Origin: an uncultured Gammaproteobacteria bacterium
GTDB lineage: Bacteria; Patescibacteriota; Microgenomatia; UBA8517
Length of the DNA stretch: 64,000 nt
NCBI GenBank assembly: GCA_964494885.1
Contig: CAZBTH010000002.1
Span: 29,271-93,270, forward strand
Direction of reading: 5' to 3'
The position numbers and the translations under genes are program-made. Positions 21,005 through 31,756 of the stretch are shown piece by piece (within the stretch, counting starts at the first letter, position 1; each line of letters opens with the position of its first letter). The notes beneath the pieces were generated by a model. It was given only the letters and a program-made list of their open reading frames with translations. It searched no databases and was not told where the DNA came from.

Positions 21005-21649
21005 TCAAATATCAACCAATGGTTCCTTACTGTCTTTTACAAAGGCTTCATCGATTCTTTGCATTCCAATAAGATCCGGTTTAACCCTGATTAAATCTCC
21101 TCGTATAATACGATCTAAATATTTTTCTTTCAATGTTTCACTAAAAAGTTCAAATTCGCTATGGGGATCTGGATCACTCGGCTTAGGTTTAACAAAATGT
21201 CCAAATACATGCTCCCCATCTATTGTTGCATGAATGATGGGGTGTGCTGTGTTTGTTAGTTTATAAACAATCTCGACATCAGTAAACAACTCTGCACACG
21301 CAACGGCAAATAAAAAGGATGGTAACTTACAATCACGCCGCTCGGAATTATCAAGCTCCCGTACCTGCCCTCCTATTGTATTACATCCAGAGCGACGATC
21401 TTTAAACTGATAGTCAATTCCAACTTCTCGTCCTAGGTTCTCAAAAGTTTGTTTTTTGTAGTCTTCTGCAATATAACTTTTCGCATAAGCATGGGCGATG
21501 CCTTGCGCCTTAGAAAAATCTTCCACGGTACTTATTGGTAGCTCTCGAGGAATCCCAACCTTGTCTCTAGAATGTAGTCTGCGCACTCTTGTATATCCTC
21601 CATATTCCGTTCCCTCTTCAGCCCCCATGTTACTTTTCTCCTCTCCCAT
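21005..21649 (-). CDS. Hypothetical protein
   Basis: 214-aa ORF overlapping the end of the recombinase gene. Confidence 0.65.
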   Translation of the reverse strand: MGEEKSNMGAEEGTEYGGYTRVRRLHSRDKVGIPRELPISTVEDFSKAQGIAHAYAKSYIAEDYKKQTFENLGREVGIDYQFKDRRSGCNTIGGQVRELDNSERRDCKLPSFLFAVACAELFTDVEIVYKLTNTAHPIIHATIDGEHVFGHFVKPKPSDPDPHSEFELFSETLKEKYLDRIIRGDLIRVKPDLIGMQRIDEAFVKDSKEPLVDI

Positions 21650-22661
21650 GGAATTGTTCGTGAATATCTCTTAATTGTTTATTGGTCACATGTGTATAAA
21701 TCTGAGTTGTAGAAATATTTTTGTGTCCCAACATCTCTTGTACCGAACGAATATCCGCCCCGGCGTTTAATAAATCAGTTGCGAAACTGTGTCTCATGAC
21801 ATGAGGCGTGACTTCCATCGGCATTTTCATTTTATGAGAATACTTTTTTATCATTCTCTGGACCGAGCGGGGAGTGAGTCTCATTTTTTCATCCGGCGTG
21901 GCCGGATCAGACTTCCCTTTGTGATGAATGAAAAGGGGTTTGTAGTGATCGCGCCTTTCATTTAAATATTTAATTAACCAATCAGTTGCACGGCTGGAAA
22001 GAAACACTACCCGAGCCTTTCCACCTTTTCCCACAATCCCGAATTCTTTTGTATCAAGGTTTACTTTGTCACGGTCAAGTTTGGTAAGTTCCGAAACACG
22101 AAGGCCTGTAGAAAATAAAACTTCCAAAATCGCTTTGTCCCGCTTACCCTGAATAGAATCTTGTGAGGGAGCATTCAGCATTCTGTCGACTTGCTCACCA
22201 CTTAAAAATTTTACCTGCCGTTCTTCCACCTTAGGCAAATCAATTTTATCCGGAGCCATAGCCTGAAAATCATTCCTAATAAGCCATTTAAGAAAACTTC
22301 TAAGAGCAATAACATGATAACTCTGAGTGCGGCGTCCCATTAGGTGACCATTTTCCCCAGGCAGGGTTGTTAAAAAAACTCTAAAACTCCTTACAATGTC
22401 CTGATTGATATCAATTATGTTTTCCCGGATTCCCTGAGATTCCATCCATAAAATAAGTCTGGATAAATAATGTCTGTAATTCCGAAGGGTTAGGGGAGAG
22501 GCGCCACGTTCTACCTGGAGATATTCCAAAAAGTCTTCAACCTTCTGAGCAATCTCTGAATTGTTAATTTGAGCAGACTGACTGTTTGCGAAACCCCTAC
22601 GAAGCCTTGGCGTAGTAGGGTTTGCAATTTCGCTTTGATTGATCGGTGCATTATCAACCAT
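21630..22661 (-). CDS. Xer-family tyrosine recombinase (XerC/XerD/XerA-like)
   Basis: TGLRVSEL, GKGGK, HVMRHSFAT, LGH...TTQIYTH. Confidence 0.95.
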   Translation of the reverse strand: MVDNAPINQSEIANPTTPRLRRGFANSQSAQINNSEIAQKVEDFLEYLQVERGASPLTLRNYRHYLSRLILWMESQGIRENIIDINQDIVRSFRVFLTTLPGENGHLMGRRTQSYHVIALRSFLKWLIRNDFQAMAPDKIDLPKVEERQVKFLSGEQVDRMLNAPSQDSIQGKRDKAILEVLFSTGLRVSELTKLDRDKVNLDTKEFGIVGKGGKARVVFLSSRATDWLIKYLNERRDHYKPLFIHHKGKSDPATPDEKMRLTPRSVQRMIKKYSHKMKMPMEVTPHVMRHSFATDLLNAGADIRSVQEMLGHKNISTTQIYTHVTNKQLRDIHEQFHGRGEK

Positions 22662-22734
22662 AAAAAAGATACTTAATACTAAGATATTAAGATACTAAGG
22701 GCGGAGTGTCAATAACATTGTGCGACATTAACTA

Positions 22735-23454
22735 TTAAGATTGATAATAAAGTAAATCTTCAAATATGGAGATATTTGGAAAAAGGATGCGTCTTTCTCC
22801 GGCTAATCCCGCCAAATCTTCGTTCATGTTCGGAAATCCCAAAAAACCAATATCCGGAACTTTTTGAAGAAGAGTACGTGCGAGCTTCATTGAGTCATCC
22901 AAGTGAACCAGGCCCGGGTTTCTTTTATAAAGTTCTGCAACCCGCCGGGCTTTGAATTCATTTCCATCCAAAATAGAATTGGAATTAATACCGATATGGT
23001 CATTTGGAATCCAGGCAAAATTGCGGTTTAACCACATAAAAGTTGATTCAGCCAAAGTCGAAACTCTTGAAGTCGTAACAAATTGTTCTATGCCTCGCAG
23101 GTTAGCCACACGAGACAGACCTCTCAATTTTTGATTTGCCTCTCCCGCCAATAGAATCTTCGGATCTGTCCATACATGCCGTTCATATTCGAAGGCGTCA
23201 TTTTTGTTCATTAATCCATCTTCAACAAGCCAGTTGGCAACACTATTCCAACCGATTATCTTCCGGCCCGAAAAATTTGTTCCAAGGTCTTTATCAACAT
23301 AACCCAAAACCGGAATTTCTGTTTGTGCTAAAACCTGATCGATGTCCCAACTTATTACCAATTTTTTTTGATTTAAATTTACAATTCCGAATAAATATAT
23401 CCGCTGTGAGTAACTTAACGTGTCGAGATAATATTGGACAATTTCTTTTGGCAT
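22735..23454 (-). CDS. HAD-superfamily 5'(3')-deoxyribonucleotidase-like protein
   Basis: WDIDQVLA, TTSR, T..WL, HLDDS motifs. Confidence 0.65.
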   Translation of the reverse strand: MPKEIVQYYLDTLSYSQRIYLFGIVNLNQKKLVISWDIDQVLAQTEIPVLGYVDKDLGTNFSGRKIIGWNSVANWLVEDGLMNKNDAFEYERHVWTDPKILLAGEANQKLRGLSRVANLRGIEQFVTTSRVSTLAESTFMWLNRNFAWIPNDHIGINSNSILDGNEFKARRVAELYKRNPGLVHLDDSMKLARTLLQKVPDIGFLGFPNMNEDLAGLAGERRILFPNISIFEDLLYYQS

Positions 23455-23812
23455 TTCGGTAAATATACAGCTTATGATTAGTTATATCAAATTGAGGCTA
23501 AATGCGACCTCACCAAATCGATTTTAAAGCCCCTCTAAACCAAAAGACGACTAGATAGTCATCCAATTAAGGTCGTATTTACGGTATAAATGTGTAATTA
23601 GCCTATTTTAAAATACTTTTGTATGAAAGGTGGGGGAGAGCAATGGTGAGCGAAGTCAAACCCTTCGGTCTTTATTCGGAAGAAGTATTTTATGGAAAAA
23701 ACTAAAAATAGAGTATTTATACAATCTCAAAACATAAAAGATGAAAATTAAAAGCTAAAAGTTTTTTTATAATAACATAAGAAGTACTACACTACATCAC
23801 CAAAATTATTCT

Positions 23813-23840
23813 GCGTCGCAAAAGTATTATTGTGCGACAT
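23813..23840. other. Candidate dif (Xer recombination) site
   Basis: 11-6-11 layout GCGTCGCAAAA-GTATTA-TTGTGCGACAT, about 1.15 kb from the xer gene; right arm repeated at 22718-22728. Confidence 0.5.
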
Positions 23841-24257
23841 TCTATAATTAGCCTTCTCCATGAACGATCACTATATACACATATGGCATTGCGTAATAGG
23901 GTTAAACAAGCCCAAATACTAAACGTATAAAGGATACCTATTCCCTCATGAAGAAGTATCAATTTATCGCTCAACTACTTAGTTATCCACACTACAAGAG
24001 AAGAACATCGGGCCGGTATAATCTTGAGCTTGTTTAATATATCAATCTATATCACCTTCTCGCTGAGGAGCTGTTGTGTTTTCTTCGGGTTGACAAATAC
24101 GTCGCATTTCGTGAAAACAACCTGTAATTTTCGTGAAAAACTCATTGATTGAAGTAGTTATACCCTATAATTATAGGGTGTTCCCTTCACCTCCTCCCCT
24201 CTCTTCTTCACTTTCCTGTCCAAAATTTTTAATTCTTAATTCTTAATTATTATTTTT

Positions 24258-25028
24258 TTAGCCTCCCCAATGAGTGGCAATAAACATTGCTATTAAAACT
24301 AAAGTACCCACCACGAGGTGCTCTCTAACGATTGTCGGAAAAAGACGGGCCTCAAGTTTGGCCTGACCAAGTCCTAATAGCATGTAGAAACTTACGGTCA
24401 AAAAAAGCGATCCCACCATTACGGTTACCGGCCAAAAATATAAAGCACCACCAATTTCGGCGGTTACAAGCGAGCAAATTAATGAAAGGGTTAGCATGTC
24501 TTTCGAGAATTCTTTCTCCAAAACTACCGACCAAAAACCCTGAAAGAAAAGTGGCAGAGAAATAATAAATATGAGAGGAATCAAATAATATATTTCCACC
24601 TTAAGGGAAAGTACTGCATCAAAAACAAAAAAGGAAGTAACTAGGGTGAGAACAAAACCCACTCCCCTCGCCGCTCGCAAAAGAGCAATTGTACGGATTG
24701 CTGCCACAGAATAAATATTCATTGTGAGGCTCAACACATACATCCCGACTGCATAAAATATCACAATCGGTATTCGTGTAAAAACGCTTGCGGGAAGAAG
24801 AAACCAGAAAATCCCAACACCCAACGTAAAGGCTGTAGGAAGAACAAGCGTCAGAAGGGTCATATCTCGCCCCAAGCTCCCCCACAACGACCAACCAAAA
24901 AGAACGGTAGTAAGAAGTCCTAAAGCACCTATTGCCCAAAGTCTGTTTACATCGGTTAAAAACTGAATACCGACAAAGCCAAAAGAAAGTAAAAGTGAGG
25001 CGATAACAAAACGACGGCGTTTAGACAT
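24258..25028 (-). CDS. Multi-pass membrane protein
   Basis: About 8 hydrophobic segments. Confidence 0.8.
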   Translation of the reverse strand: MSKRRRFVIASLLLSFGFVGIQFLTDVNRLWAIGALGLLTTVLFGWSLWGSLGRDMTLLTLVLPTAFTLGVGIFWFLLPASVFTRIPIVIFYAVGMYVLSLTMNIYSVAAIRTIALLRAARGVGFVLTLVTSFFVFDAVLSLKVEIYYLIPLIFIISLPLFFQGFWSVVLEKEFSKDMLTLSLICSLVTAEIGGALYFWPVTVMVGSLFLTVSFYMLLGLGQAKLEARLFPTIVREHLVVGTLVLIAMFIATHWGG

Positions 25029-25031
25029 ATT

Positions 25032-25778
25032 CTAGATACTAGTAGCTAGTTTATTCATGACTTCATCCGGAATTTCGACATTGGAAAAAACTTTTTGTAC
25101 ATCTTCAAGCTCGTCTAGTGCATCCAAAAATTTAACGACTTTAGACGCTTGGGTTGGGTCTGAGATTACCTGTAAATTCTTGGGCTTCATCTGAAGTTCG
25201 ACTTGAATTATTTCAAAACCTTTAGCTAGTAGATCTTTGTGTACGTCTCCAAGTTTTTCAGAAGCAGTATAAATCTCAATACCATCATCGGTCTCATTCA
25301 CATCTTCTACTCCTGATTCGATTAGGGAAAGCATTTCACCCTCAGGATCATCGGTTTTTTTTACGAGAATAAAACCTTTGCTTTCAAAATTGAATGAAAC
25401 TGCTCCCGGCCCAGCCAAATTTCCTCCATTTTTATCGAAAACATTTTTCATCTCTTGGGCCGTTCTGTTTTTATTATCACTTGCAACATTGACCATTACA
25501 GAAATCCCAGCAGGCCCAAAACCTTCGTAAATGATTTCCTCCAGGCTGGCAGCGTCTGTGGAAGCCTTTGCAATCGCACGATCAATATTTTCTCTTGGCA
25601 TACTTACACTCCTAGCCTTGTCGATTTCAAATCTCAACTTGAAGTTCATGTCAGGGTCTGCTCCGCTTTTTGCAGCTATCATAATTGCACGAACAATTTT
25701 GCTAAAAACATTCCCCTTGGCCGCATCGTTTATAGCCTTCTGTCTTTTAATGGTTGCGAAATGACTATGACCACTCAT
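25032..25778 (-). CDS. yebC: YebC/PmpR family protein
   Basis: MSGHSH..TIKRQK, YEGFGP, DNKNRT, DVQKVFSN. Confidence 0.93.
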   Translation of the reverse strand: MSGHSHFATIKRQKAINDAAKGNVFSKIVRAIMIAAKSGADPDMNFKLRFEIDKARSVSMPRENIDRAIAKASTDAASLEEIIYEGFGPAGISVMVNVASDNKNRTAQEMKNVFDKNGGNLAGPGAVSFNFESKGFILVKKTDDPEGEMLSLIESGVEDVNETDDGIEIYTASEKLGDVHKDLLAKGFEIIQVELQMKPKNLQVISDPTQASKVVKFLDALDELEDVQKVFSNVEIPDEVMNKLATSI

Positions 25779-25909
25779 ACCAATCGTTATTATACCCAAG
25801 AAACTCGAGTTTGCATAGCAAACGAGAACTTTCGGGTATATAATTTCTTGCGAAAAGTCGCAAACTCAAGCAAGAGGAGTATATATCAGAATTTCACATC
25901 GCAAAGTAC

Positions 25910-26656
25910 TTGACAGAAACTTCTCTCTCTTTATACTCAATTACAATAGTGGAAAACACTCTTGCCCAAAAAGCTATAGATTTCGCCCTAAGCGGACAGT
26001 GGAGCGCGGCAATTAAAATTAACCTCCAAATAATTGAAGATAATCCCCAAGATGTAGACGCTCTAAATAGGTTAGCTAGGGCCCACTCAGAGCTTGGCAA
26101 ACTTCAAGAGGCGAGAAGTGCTGCATTGAAAGTTATTACGATCGATCCCCTAAATCCAATTGCCCTTAAATGTTTGGAGAAATGGAAAGATTTAAAAAGC
26201 TTGGGGAAAAATCACTCCCAAGTCGTAAGCGTCGATTCTTTCCTGGAAGAACCTGGCAAAACAAAGCTCGTCTCTTTGCTTAATACCGGGGACGAAAGGA
26301 CTTTTGCAACCACCGATCCAGGGGAAGAGGTAAAGCTTTCTACCAATGGCCACAGGGTTACAATCTTGACCCAAGAAAACAGATACCTTGGACGTCTTCC
26401 CGATGATATTTCGGCCCGGATTAAGAATTTAATTAAAGACGGGTATAAATACCAGGTACTTATAAAGTCAATAGACCCCAAAGATGTAACCGTCTTTATG
26501 AGAGAAGTGGAAAAAGGAAAAGGAGATAATAAAATGGTTTCATTCCCTACCGAGAAAATTGAATATGTGAGCTTTACACCACCAGAATTGGTCCACAAAG
26601 ACGAACCATTCGAAAGTGGTGAAGATTTAGAAGAGGTGGAGGGGTTTAATACCTAA
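25910..26656 (+). CDS. TPR-domain protein (probable GTG start at 25949)
   Basis: AI..N..II..NP.D.DALNRL.RA..ELG...A TPR pattern. Confidence 0.8.
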   Translation: MTETSLSLYSITIVENTLAQKAIDFALSGQWSAAIKINLQIIEDNPQDVDALNRLARAHSELGKLQEARSAALKVITIDPLNPIALKCLEKWKDLKSLGKNHSQVVSVDSFLEEPGKTKLVSLLNTGDERTFATTDPGEEVKLSTNGHRVTILTQENRYLGRLPDDISARIKNLIKDGYKYQVLIKSIDPKDVTVFMREVEKGKGDNKMVSFPTEKIEYVSFTPPELVHKDEPFESGEDLEEVEGFNT

Positions 26657-27622
26657 TTAAAAAGTTTTAGAAAACTCCGAACCCAATCTAACCTCTAAAT
26701 CAAAGTCTGTATTTTCGGGCACACCCTTACATCCGAATAAGTTCACCACTTTCTTAACTAATTCTTTATCTCTACCAGATATCTCGCAAACAAAGCCGCG
26801 CACCCCCTGACTTTTATCAATCGATACAACTTTGCCACCCATTACTTCAAATATCCTCCCCACTTCTTGTGAAATATCAGACCGTCCCGTTGAGTCAACG
26901 ATATAAATTTTAATATTTTTCCCGGTAAGAGCAGGCTTAATAAAATCATTATCGGTAAAATAAACAGTCAGACGACCAGAGGTCTCACCCGGAATTATAA
27001 AGCCAGATTCTCCGTCGGTCAGGGTCTGTTTGACAACAAATTGGCTCTTTGCCAAATCGATTTCTGTTTTATTCAGATTTTTAACTTTTAACGAAAAAAG
27101 GGCGACAGAAATTCTGTCTCCAAACGCGATATTCGTCATTTTCGGAAAGAAAACAAATTTAAAAAGATTGGGTAAATTATTTTTCCCAACACTTCGTCCT
27201 AATTCGTCTGACCATAGAAAAACGGGGAAAGAAAAATTTTTGGCTATAGTTTTAACTAAAATTTGCCCGCCAAACTTTTCATTTATGCCAAGCTGCCATA
27301 CATTTTTAATTCTCATCATTCCGTAATTCATAGCAAGCAGAACTTCAGTGTCTCCCGGAATCACCATCGTGGCCATCTCATTTACCGCAGGCTCCAACAC
27401 TGTAACACCTACATTGCCGTTATCGTCGGGAAACACAAAGGCAAACTTATTACGCCCATCCCAAAAATGTTTATTCAAAACAACCACCAAAAACGCGATC
27501 AAGATTAAAAACAATCCGAGGATGGGAAGAATAAACCTCTTACGCCACAACGAAGGTAGTGATTTTCTCTCCTTTCTCTTTAAATAGGCGCTCCTCCGGG
27601 CAGATTTCATAATTTTAGGCAC
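26657..27622 (-). CDS. Membrane-anchored protein, LytR/LCP-like
   Basis: Basic N-terminus + TM; MVIPGDT; C-terminal region resembling LytR_C. Confidence 0.55.
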   Translation of the reverse strand: MPKIMKSARRSAYLKRKERKSLPSLWRKRFILPILGLFLILIAFLVVVLNKHFWDGRNKFAFVFPDDNGNVGVTVLEPAVNEMATMVIPGDTEVLLAMNYGMMRIKNVWQLGINEKFGGQILVKTIAKNFSFPVFLWSDELGRSVGKNNLPNLFKFVFFPKMTNIAFGDRISVALFSLKVKNLNKTEIDLAKSQFVVKQTLTDGESGFIIPGETSGRLTVYFTDNDFIKPALTGKNIKIYIVDSTGRSDISQEVGRIFEVMGGKVVSIDKSQGVRGFVCEISGRDKELVKKVVNLFGCKGVPENTDFDLEVRLGSEFSKTF

Positions 27623-27642
27623 TAGGTACTAGTAACTAGATA

Positions 27643-29340
27643 CTAGTTTCTGTTCTGTGAATGGGAAACTCTTAAACTTTTTACCGCTTCGGAAATTTCG
27701 TCTCTGTTTTTACCCTTACTTATAAGAACGCTTCTAACAATTTCAATTGCGGCCTCAAACTCCGGTTGAACTATTTTGTCAACCCTGAGAGTTTTAAGTT
27801 TCTCCCAATCTTTATCTTCGTGGGCCCTAGAAATAATCTTTACATTCGGAGCAACGGTCTGCACATAGGTAATTAATGTTTCTTGGGCGACTCTATCGGG
27901 AATTGCCAATATGACCGCCTTAGCCTGTCTGATCCCAACCGCCTCCAAAACTTCGGGTTCGGTTGGGTCCCCATATAAAACGGATATCCCTCCTTCTGTT
28001 AATTCATTTACAACATTCTGGTTATATTCAACTACCACGAAAGGTATGTCAAAAGTCGAAAGGGCGCGTCCTACCCACTTCCCTACCCGCCCATAACCAC
28101 AAATTATTATATGATCCGAAAATCCGGTATCTGAGCTATCTCCACGCTTCTCACCCGAAGAAAAAAATTTTCCTAAGGCCGGCCATTTGCTGGTAATATC
28201 TCTCGTCTTTCTCCAGAAAGGTACTACTTTATCGAAAAGAAGTGGTGCAATTATAAGTGTAAGCAAGGTCACTGAGATTCCCAAAGAAGTATCACTTGCG
28301 CTTATCAATTTAAGTCCCAAGGCAGTCGAAAAAATTACAAAAGCAAATTCTCCAACTTGGGCTAGTCCAAAACTATTGGCAATTCCCGTCCTACCTTTAT
28401 ATCCAAATAAAACGCTTATCAAAAAAACTACCACCACCTTAACAACAACAACCATCAACGCCACTGCAATTATCAGTGGGAATTTTACGATTACCACTGA
28501 AGGTGTTACCAAAAATCCCATCGTAACAAAAAACAATGCAACAAATAGATCTCTTAAGGGTCGCGTTTCTGCAAAAATGGCATGATGTTCCTGAGATTCA
28601 GATATAACAATTCCCGCGAGGAAAGCCCCAAGAGCGGGAGAAATTCCAAAAAAAGATGTACCGGCAGCTGTTCCGAAAGCAATTCCAACCGATGTCAAAA
28701 GTAGCAATTCTCTAGAATTGGCCTCAGCTACAAAATGTATTATGTATGGCACAACAAGTTTTCCTAAAATAACCGCGGCAGATATTACAAGAGTTGCCTT
28801 TACCAAAGATAAAATAATTAAACCTGCTACCCCGTCCCCGGCATGACCTAAAATCGGCAAAATTACCATAATAGGAATTACAGCCAAATCTTGAACCAGA
28901 AGCCAAGCAACCGTGACTCCACCGTGGATAGTTCCAGTCTCCCCGCGGTCACTTAGTATCTTGACGCAAACCGCAGTTGAAGAAAGCGAAAAACCGACAG
29001 ACAAAATTAATGACGTCGTAGGATTCATACCAAAACCGACAAGAAGTAAATAACTAATAGCCGTTACTAAAACAATTTGAATTAACGCCCCAAATACCGC
29101 AACCTTAAAGAACTTTGACAATCTATCAAAGGAAAGCTCAACACCTATTGAAAACAAAAGAAGAATAATTCCAATTTCTGCCAAAGATGATGCTGATTTT
29201 AGGTTTTCGGGTAAAACAGACCCAACCATGATCCCCATAACAATGTATCCAACAAGAGGTGGAAGTTTTAAAAATTTTGCTAAGACACCTCCGGCAACGG
29301 CAGCGACAACTATCAAAAAGAGTCCAAGAACTATTTCCAT
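27643..29340 (-). CDS. CPA2 (KefB/KefC-like) cation:proton antiporter with TrkA-N domain
   Basis: LLFSIGVE, SLSSTA, LLVQDL, LAQVGEF, ICGYGRVG. Confidence 0.93.
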   Translation of the reverse strand: MEIVLGLFLIVVAAVAGGVLAKFLKLPPLVGYIVMGIMVGSVLPENLKSASSLAEIGIILLLFSIGVELSFDRLSKFFKVAVFGALIQIVLVTAISYLLLVGFGMNPTTSLILSVGFSLSSTAVCVKILSDRGETGTIHGGVTVAWLLVQDLAVIPIMVILPILGHAGDGVAGLIILSLVKATLVISAAVILGKLVVPYIIHFVAEANSRELLLLTSVGIAFGTAAGTSFFGISPALGAFLAGIVISESQEHHAIFAETRPLRDLFVALFFVTMGFLVTPSVVIVKFPLIIAVALMVVVVKVVVVFLISVLFGYKGRTGIANSFGLAQVGEFAFVIFSTALGLKLISASDTSLGISVTLLTLIIAPLLFDKVVPFWRKTRDITSKWPALGKFFSSGEKRGDSSDTGFSDHIIICGYGRVGKWVGRALSTFDIPFVVVEYNQNVVNELTEGGISVLYGDPTEPEVLEAVGIRQAKAVILAIPDRVAQETLITYVQTVAPNVKIISRAHEDKDWEKLKTLRVDKIVQPEFEAAIEIVRSVLISKGKNRDEISEAVKSLRVSHSQNRN

Positions 29341-29467
29341 ATATATTCAGTCTAAAGAAGGATCTTCTTTGTGTAAAGGGGTTGTGAAATACAGAACAAA
29401 CAAATAAGCAAATTATAAATCTACTAATAAATATCCGAATGGCTGAATCAGTAAATAATTTGAATAT

Positions 29468-30199
29468 TTATTTGTAGATTTGCAGATTTGTAGATTTGTC
29501 TATTTTGTCCAAAGCGTTTTGGAGATCTTGAGGAAATTCTGATTTGTATTCTACCTCTTTCCCTGTCTTTGGATGAATAAATTTAATTCCGGACGCATGT
29601 AAAAACAATCTCGGACACCATTTGCGGTCGTTCCTCGCGGTCTTCCTGCCGGCGTAAAATTCGTCGGCGACTATTGCGTGGCCAATATGTTTTGAGTGAA
29701 TACGTATTTGATGAGTTCTCCCTGTCTTTGGATAAAATTCTACTAATGAATGACCTGCATTGTTTCCCGGGTAAAACTTTAACACTTTATATAAACTTAG
29801 AGATTCCCGACCTCCCGGGACAACCCCAAACCGGTCACGTCTCCAAGGCAACCTCCCCACTTCAGCTTTTATTTCGCCTTTTGCCGGCTCGACCTTGCCA
29901 TGAAGCAAGGCGGTATATGTTTTTTGTACCTCTCTATTCTTAAATTCAGACTGAAGTTTTTCAAATGCTTCTTTAGTCTTTGCAACAAGAAGAATTCCGC
30001 TGGTTTCTTTATCCAGCCTATGAACAATTCCGTCCCTTAACTCAGCATTTCCTTTTAACCGATAGTCAAAATTCTCCCGAACCCAAGTTTGGATAACAGG
30101 CTGAGTAGTTGTGGTATCTGCATCATTGGTAATCCAACCGGAAGGTTTTTCCACAACAAACAATGAATCATCTTGAAAAATTATTTTTGGTTCCTCCAT
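29468..30199 (-). CDS. RluA/RluD family pseudouridine synthase
   Basis: HRLDKETSG, TGRTHQIRIH, LFLHA. Confidence 0.95.
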   Translation of the reverse strand: MEEPKIIFQDDSLFVVEKPSGWITNDADTTTTQPVIQTWVRENFDYRLKGNAELRDGIVHRLDKETSGILLVAKTKEAFEKLQSEFKNREVQKTYTALLHGKVEPAKGEIKAEVGRLPWRRDRFGVVPGGRESLSLYKVLKFYPGNNAGHSLVEFYPKTGRTHQIRIHSKHIGHAIVADEFYAGRKTARNDRKWCPRLFLHASGIKFIHPKTGKEVEYKSEFPQDLQNALDKIDKSTNLQIYK

Positions 30200-30269
30200 A
30201 TGTATATTTTAACACTAAAAAACCGCCCCTTGGCGGCTTCCCGATATACTATATACAATATACTAAATA

Positions 30270-30662
30270 CTACTTCTCCCTTTTCCTTGCGTCCTTTGTA
30301 CAAAGTGTAGCTTCGGGGAAAGCTATAAGGCGGTCAGTGTCTATTATTTGTCCACACTCTTCACAAATTCCATATTTCCCTATTCTAACCCTGGTAAGGG
30401 CCTTCCTTATTTGCACCATTCCGCGGTTTAACTCGGTTTTAATTGCGCTTGTTCTGGCATGACCGAATTGTTCGTCTGCTTCAATATCGGGGGCTGCGTT
30501 ATCGTTAACCCTTGATAAATCTTTAAACGGATCTTCCTTTGTTATTTGTTTTTTTCTCTTTTCCATAACATGGAGCCTGGCACTCAAAAAATCAGCAACG
30601 GGTTTCAAAACATTCGCCGGAAAACTCGGTGTGATGTCTTTAATTTTTGATTTCTTGATCAT
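30270..30662 (-). CDS. DksA/TraR zinc-finger protein
   Basis: AL.R...GKYGICEECG..I...RL.A.P.A.LC. Confidence 0.88.
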   Translation of the reverse strand: MIKKSKIKDITPSFPANVLKPVADFLSARLHVMEKRKKQITKEDPFKDLSRVNDNAAPDIEADEQFGHARTSAIKTELNRGMVQIRKALTRVRIGKYGICEECGQIIDTDRLIAFPEATLCTKDARKREK

Positions 30663-31264
30663 ATTTTTTGTCTTCCCAAATTGTATAGTCCCAATAAACA
30701 GACGAGAGTGATACTACCTGAAATTGCAGCTTCGCTGCGCTGGTTCACAAAGGATAGCATAGTGATTCCCATTATAGCAACAAGGGATCTTGCCAAAAAA
30801 ATTAGGACCAAAATCGTCAATCCGGAAAACCCAATCTTACCGGATTTATACCAGCTAAAATTTTTGTAATGGACGTCCAAGTAATAAAAAACGAACATCA
30901 GAATCAGTATTGCCAAAAATCCCAGGAAAGAGCTTAAAGATGCGCTGGCCACCGAATCGGCCAGAAAGAACAATGAAAGCCAAGGCATGAATCCGATGGT
31001 GGCAGCTTCCAAAGTTTCAAAAAACCTGACTCGTAATCTTGAAGCAGCAATCAAAACACCTATGGGTATACCGGCTGCTTCAATAAAAAATAACCACCCG
31101 CTCAAAAATTGACTACCCGACACAAAAAAAACGGCGAGAACAACAAGAAGTAAAAAGGCTGTTTTAAAAATTATTTCACTTGAATAGTCCTCCTTGAGTC
31201 TTTTCCAAAAAATGAATAGGAAAATCAAAACTCCGATCGACCCAACAATAAAGTTGACTAGCAT
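30659..31264 (-). CDS. Membrane protein, possibly Lgt-like
   Basis: Multiple TM segments; FSWYKSGK.G motif. Confidence 0.55.
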   Translation of the reverse strand: MLVNFIVGSIGVLIFLFIFWKRLKEDYSSEIIFKTAFLLLVVLAVFFVSGSQFLSGWLFFIEAAGIPIGVLIAASRLRVRFFETLEAATIGFMPWLSLFFLADSVASASLSSFLGFLAILILMFVFYYLDVHYKNFSWYKSGKIGFSGLTILVLIFLARSLVAIMGITMLSFVNQRSEAAISGSITLVCLLGLYNLGRQKI

Positions 31265-31292
31265 GAGCTTATTATATAACATTGTTTTCACA

Positions 31293-31754
31293 ATGCTAGA
31301 AACCCCGCACGTGGCTGTAGGAATTGCAATTGCCACCAAATTTCCAAACCCTTGGATTTCTATTCCCCTTGCCTTCGCAAGTCATTTTATTTTAGACAAA
31401 GTCCCTCATTGGAACCCGCATCTTTATACCGAAACCCAAAAAACCGGCCATCCCTCAAAAAACAGCACCGTTATGGCAATCGTCGATATCGCTACCGCAC
31501 TACTTCTTGGTTCTACATTCGCCTTCAAAGCCTTGCCAAATATCCAAATGGCTGTTTTGATACTGGCATGCTCACTTGCTTCAGTTGCCTCGGACGTTAT
31601 TAAATATCCATATTATTATTTTCATTTAAGGCAGGAGTGGCTGGTAAAATGGGTAAATTTTGAAAGATCAATTCAAGTGGATACAAAAAGTATATTTTGG
31701 GGACTTGTAACCCAAGGGTTAGTTATTGCAGCTTCAATTTGGTGGATACTCTAA
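31293..31754 (+). CDS. Membrane-associated hypothetical protein (metal-dependent hydrolase-like)
   Basis: PH.AVG...SHFILDKVPHW. Confidence 0.7.
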   Translation: MLETPHVAVGIAIATKFPNPWISIPLAFASHFILDKVPHWNPHLYTETQKTGHPSKNSTVMAIVDIATALLLGSTFAFKALPNIQMAVLILACSLASVASDVIKYPYYYFHLRQEWLVKWVNFERSIQVDTKSIFWGLVTQGLVIAASIWWIL

Positions 31755-31756
31755 AT

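Noticed and set aside
23792-23974. 60-aa ORF in the long intergenic region
   Set aside because: Non-ATG start, no recognisable motifs, overlaps the dif-like site
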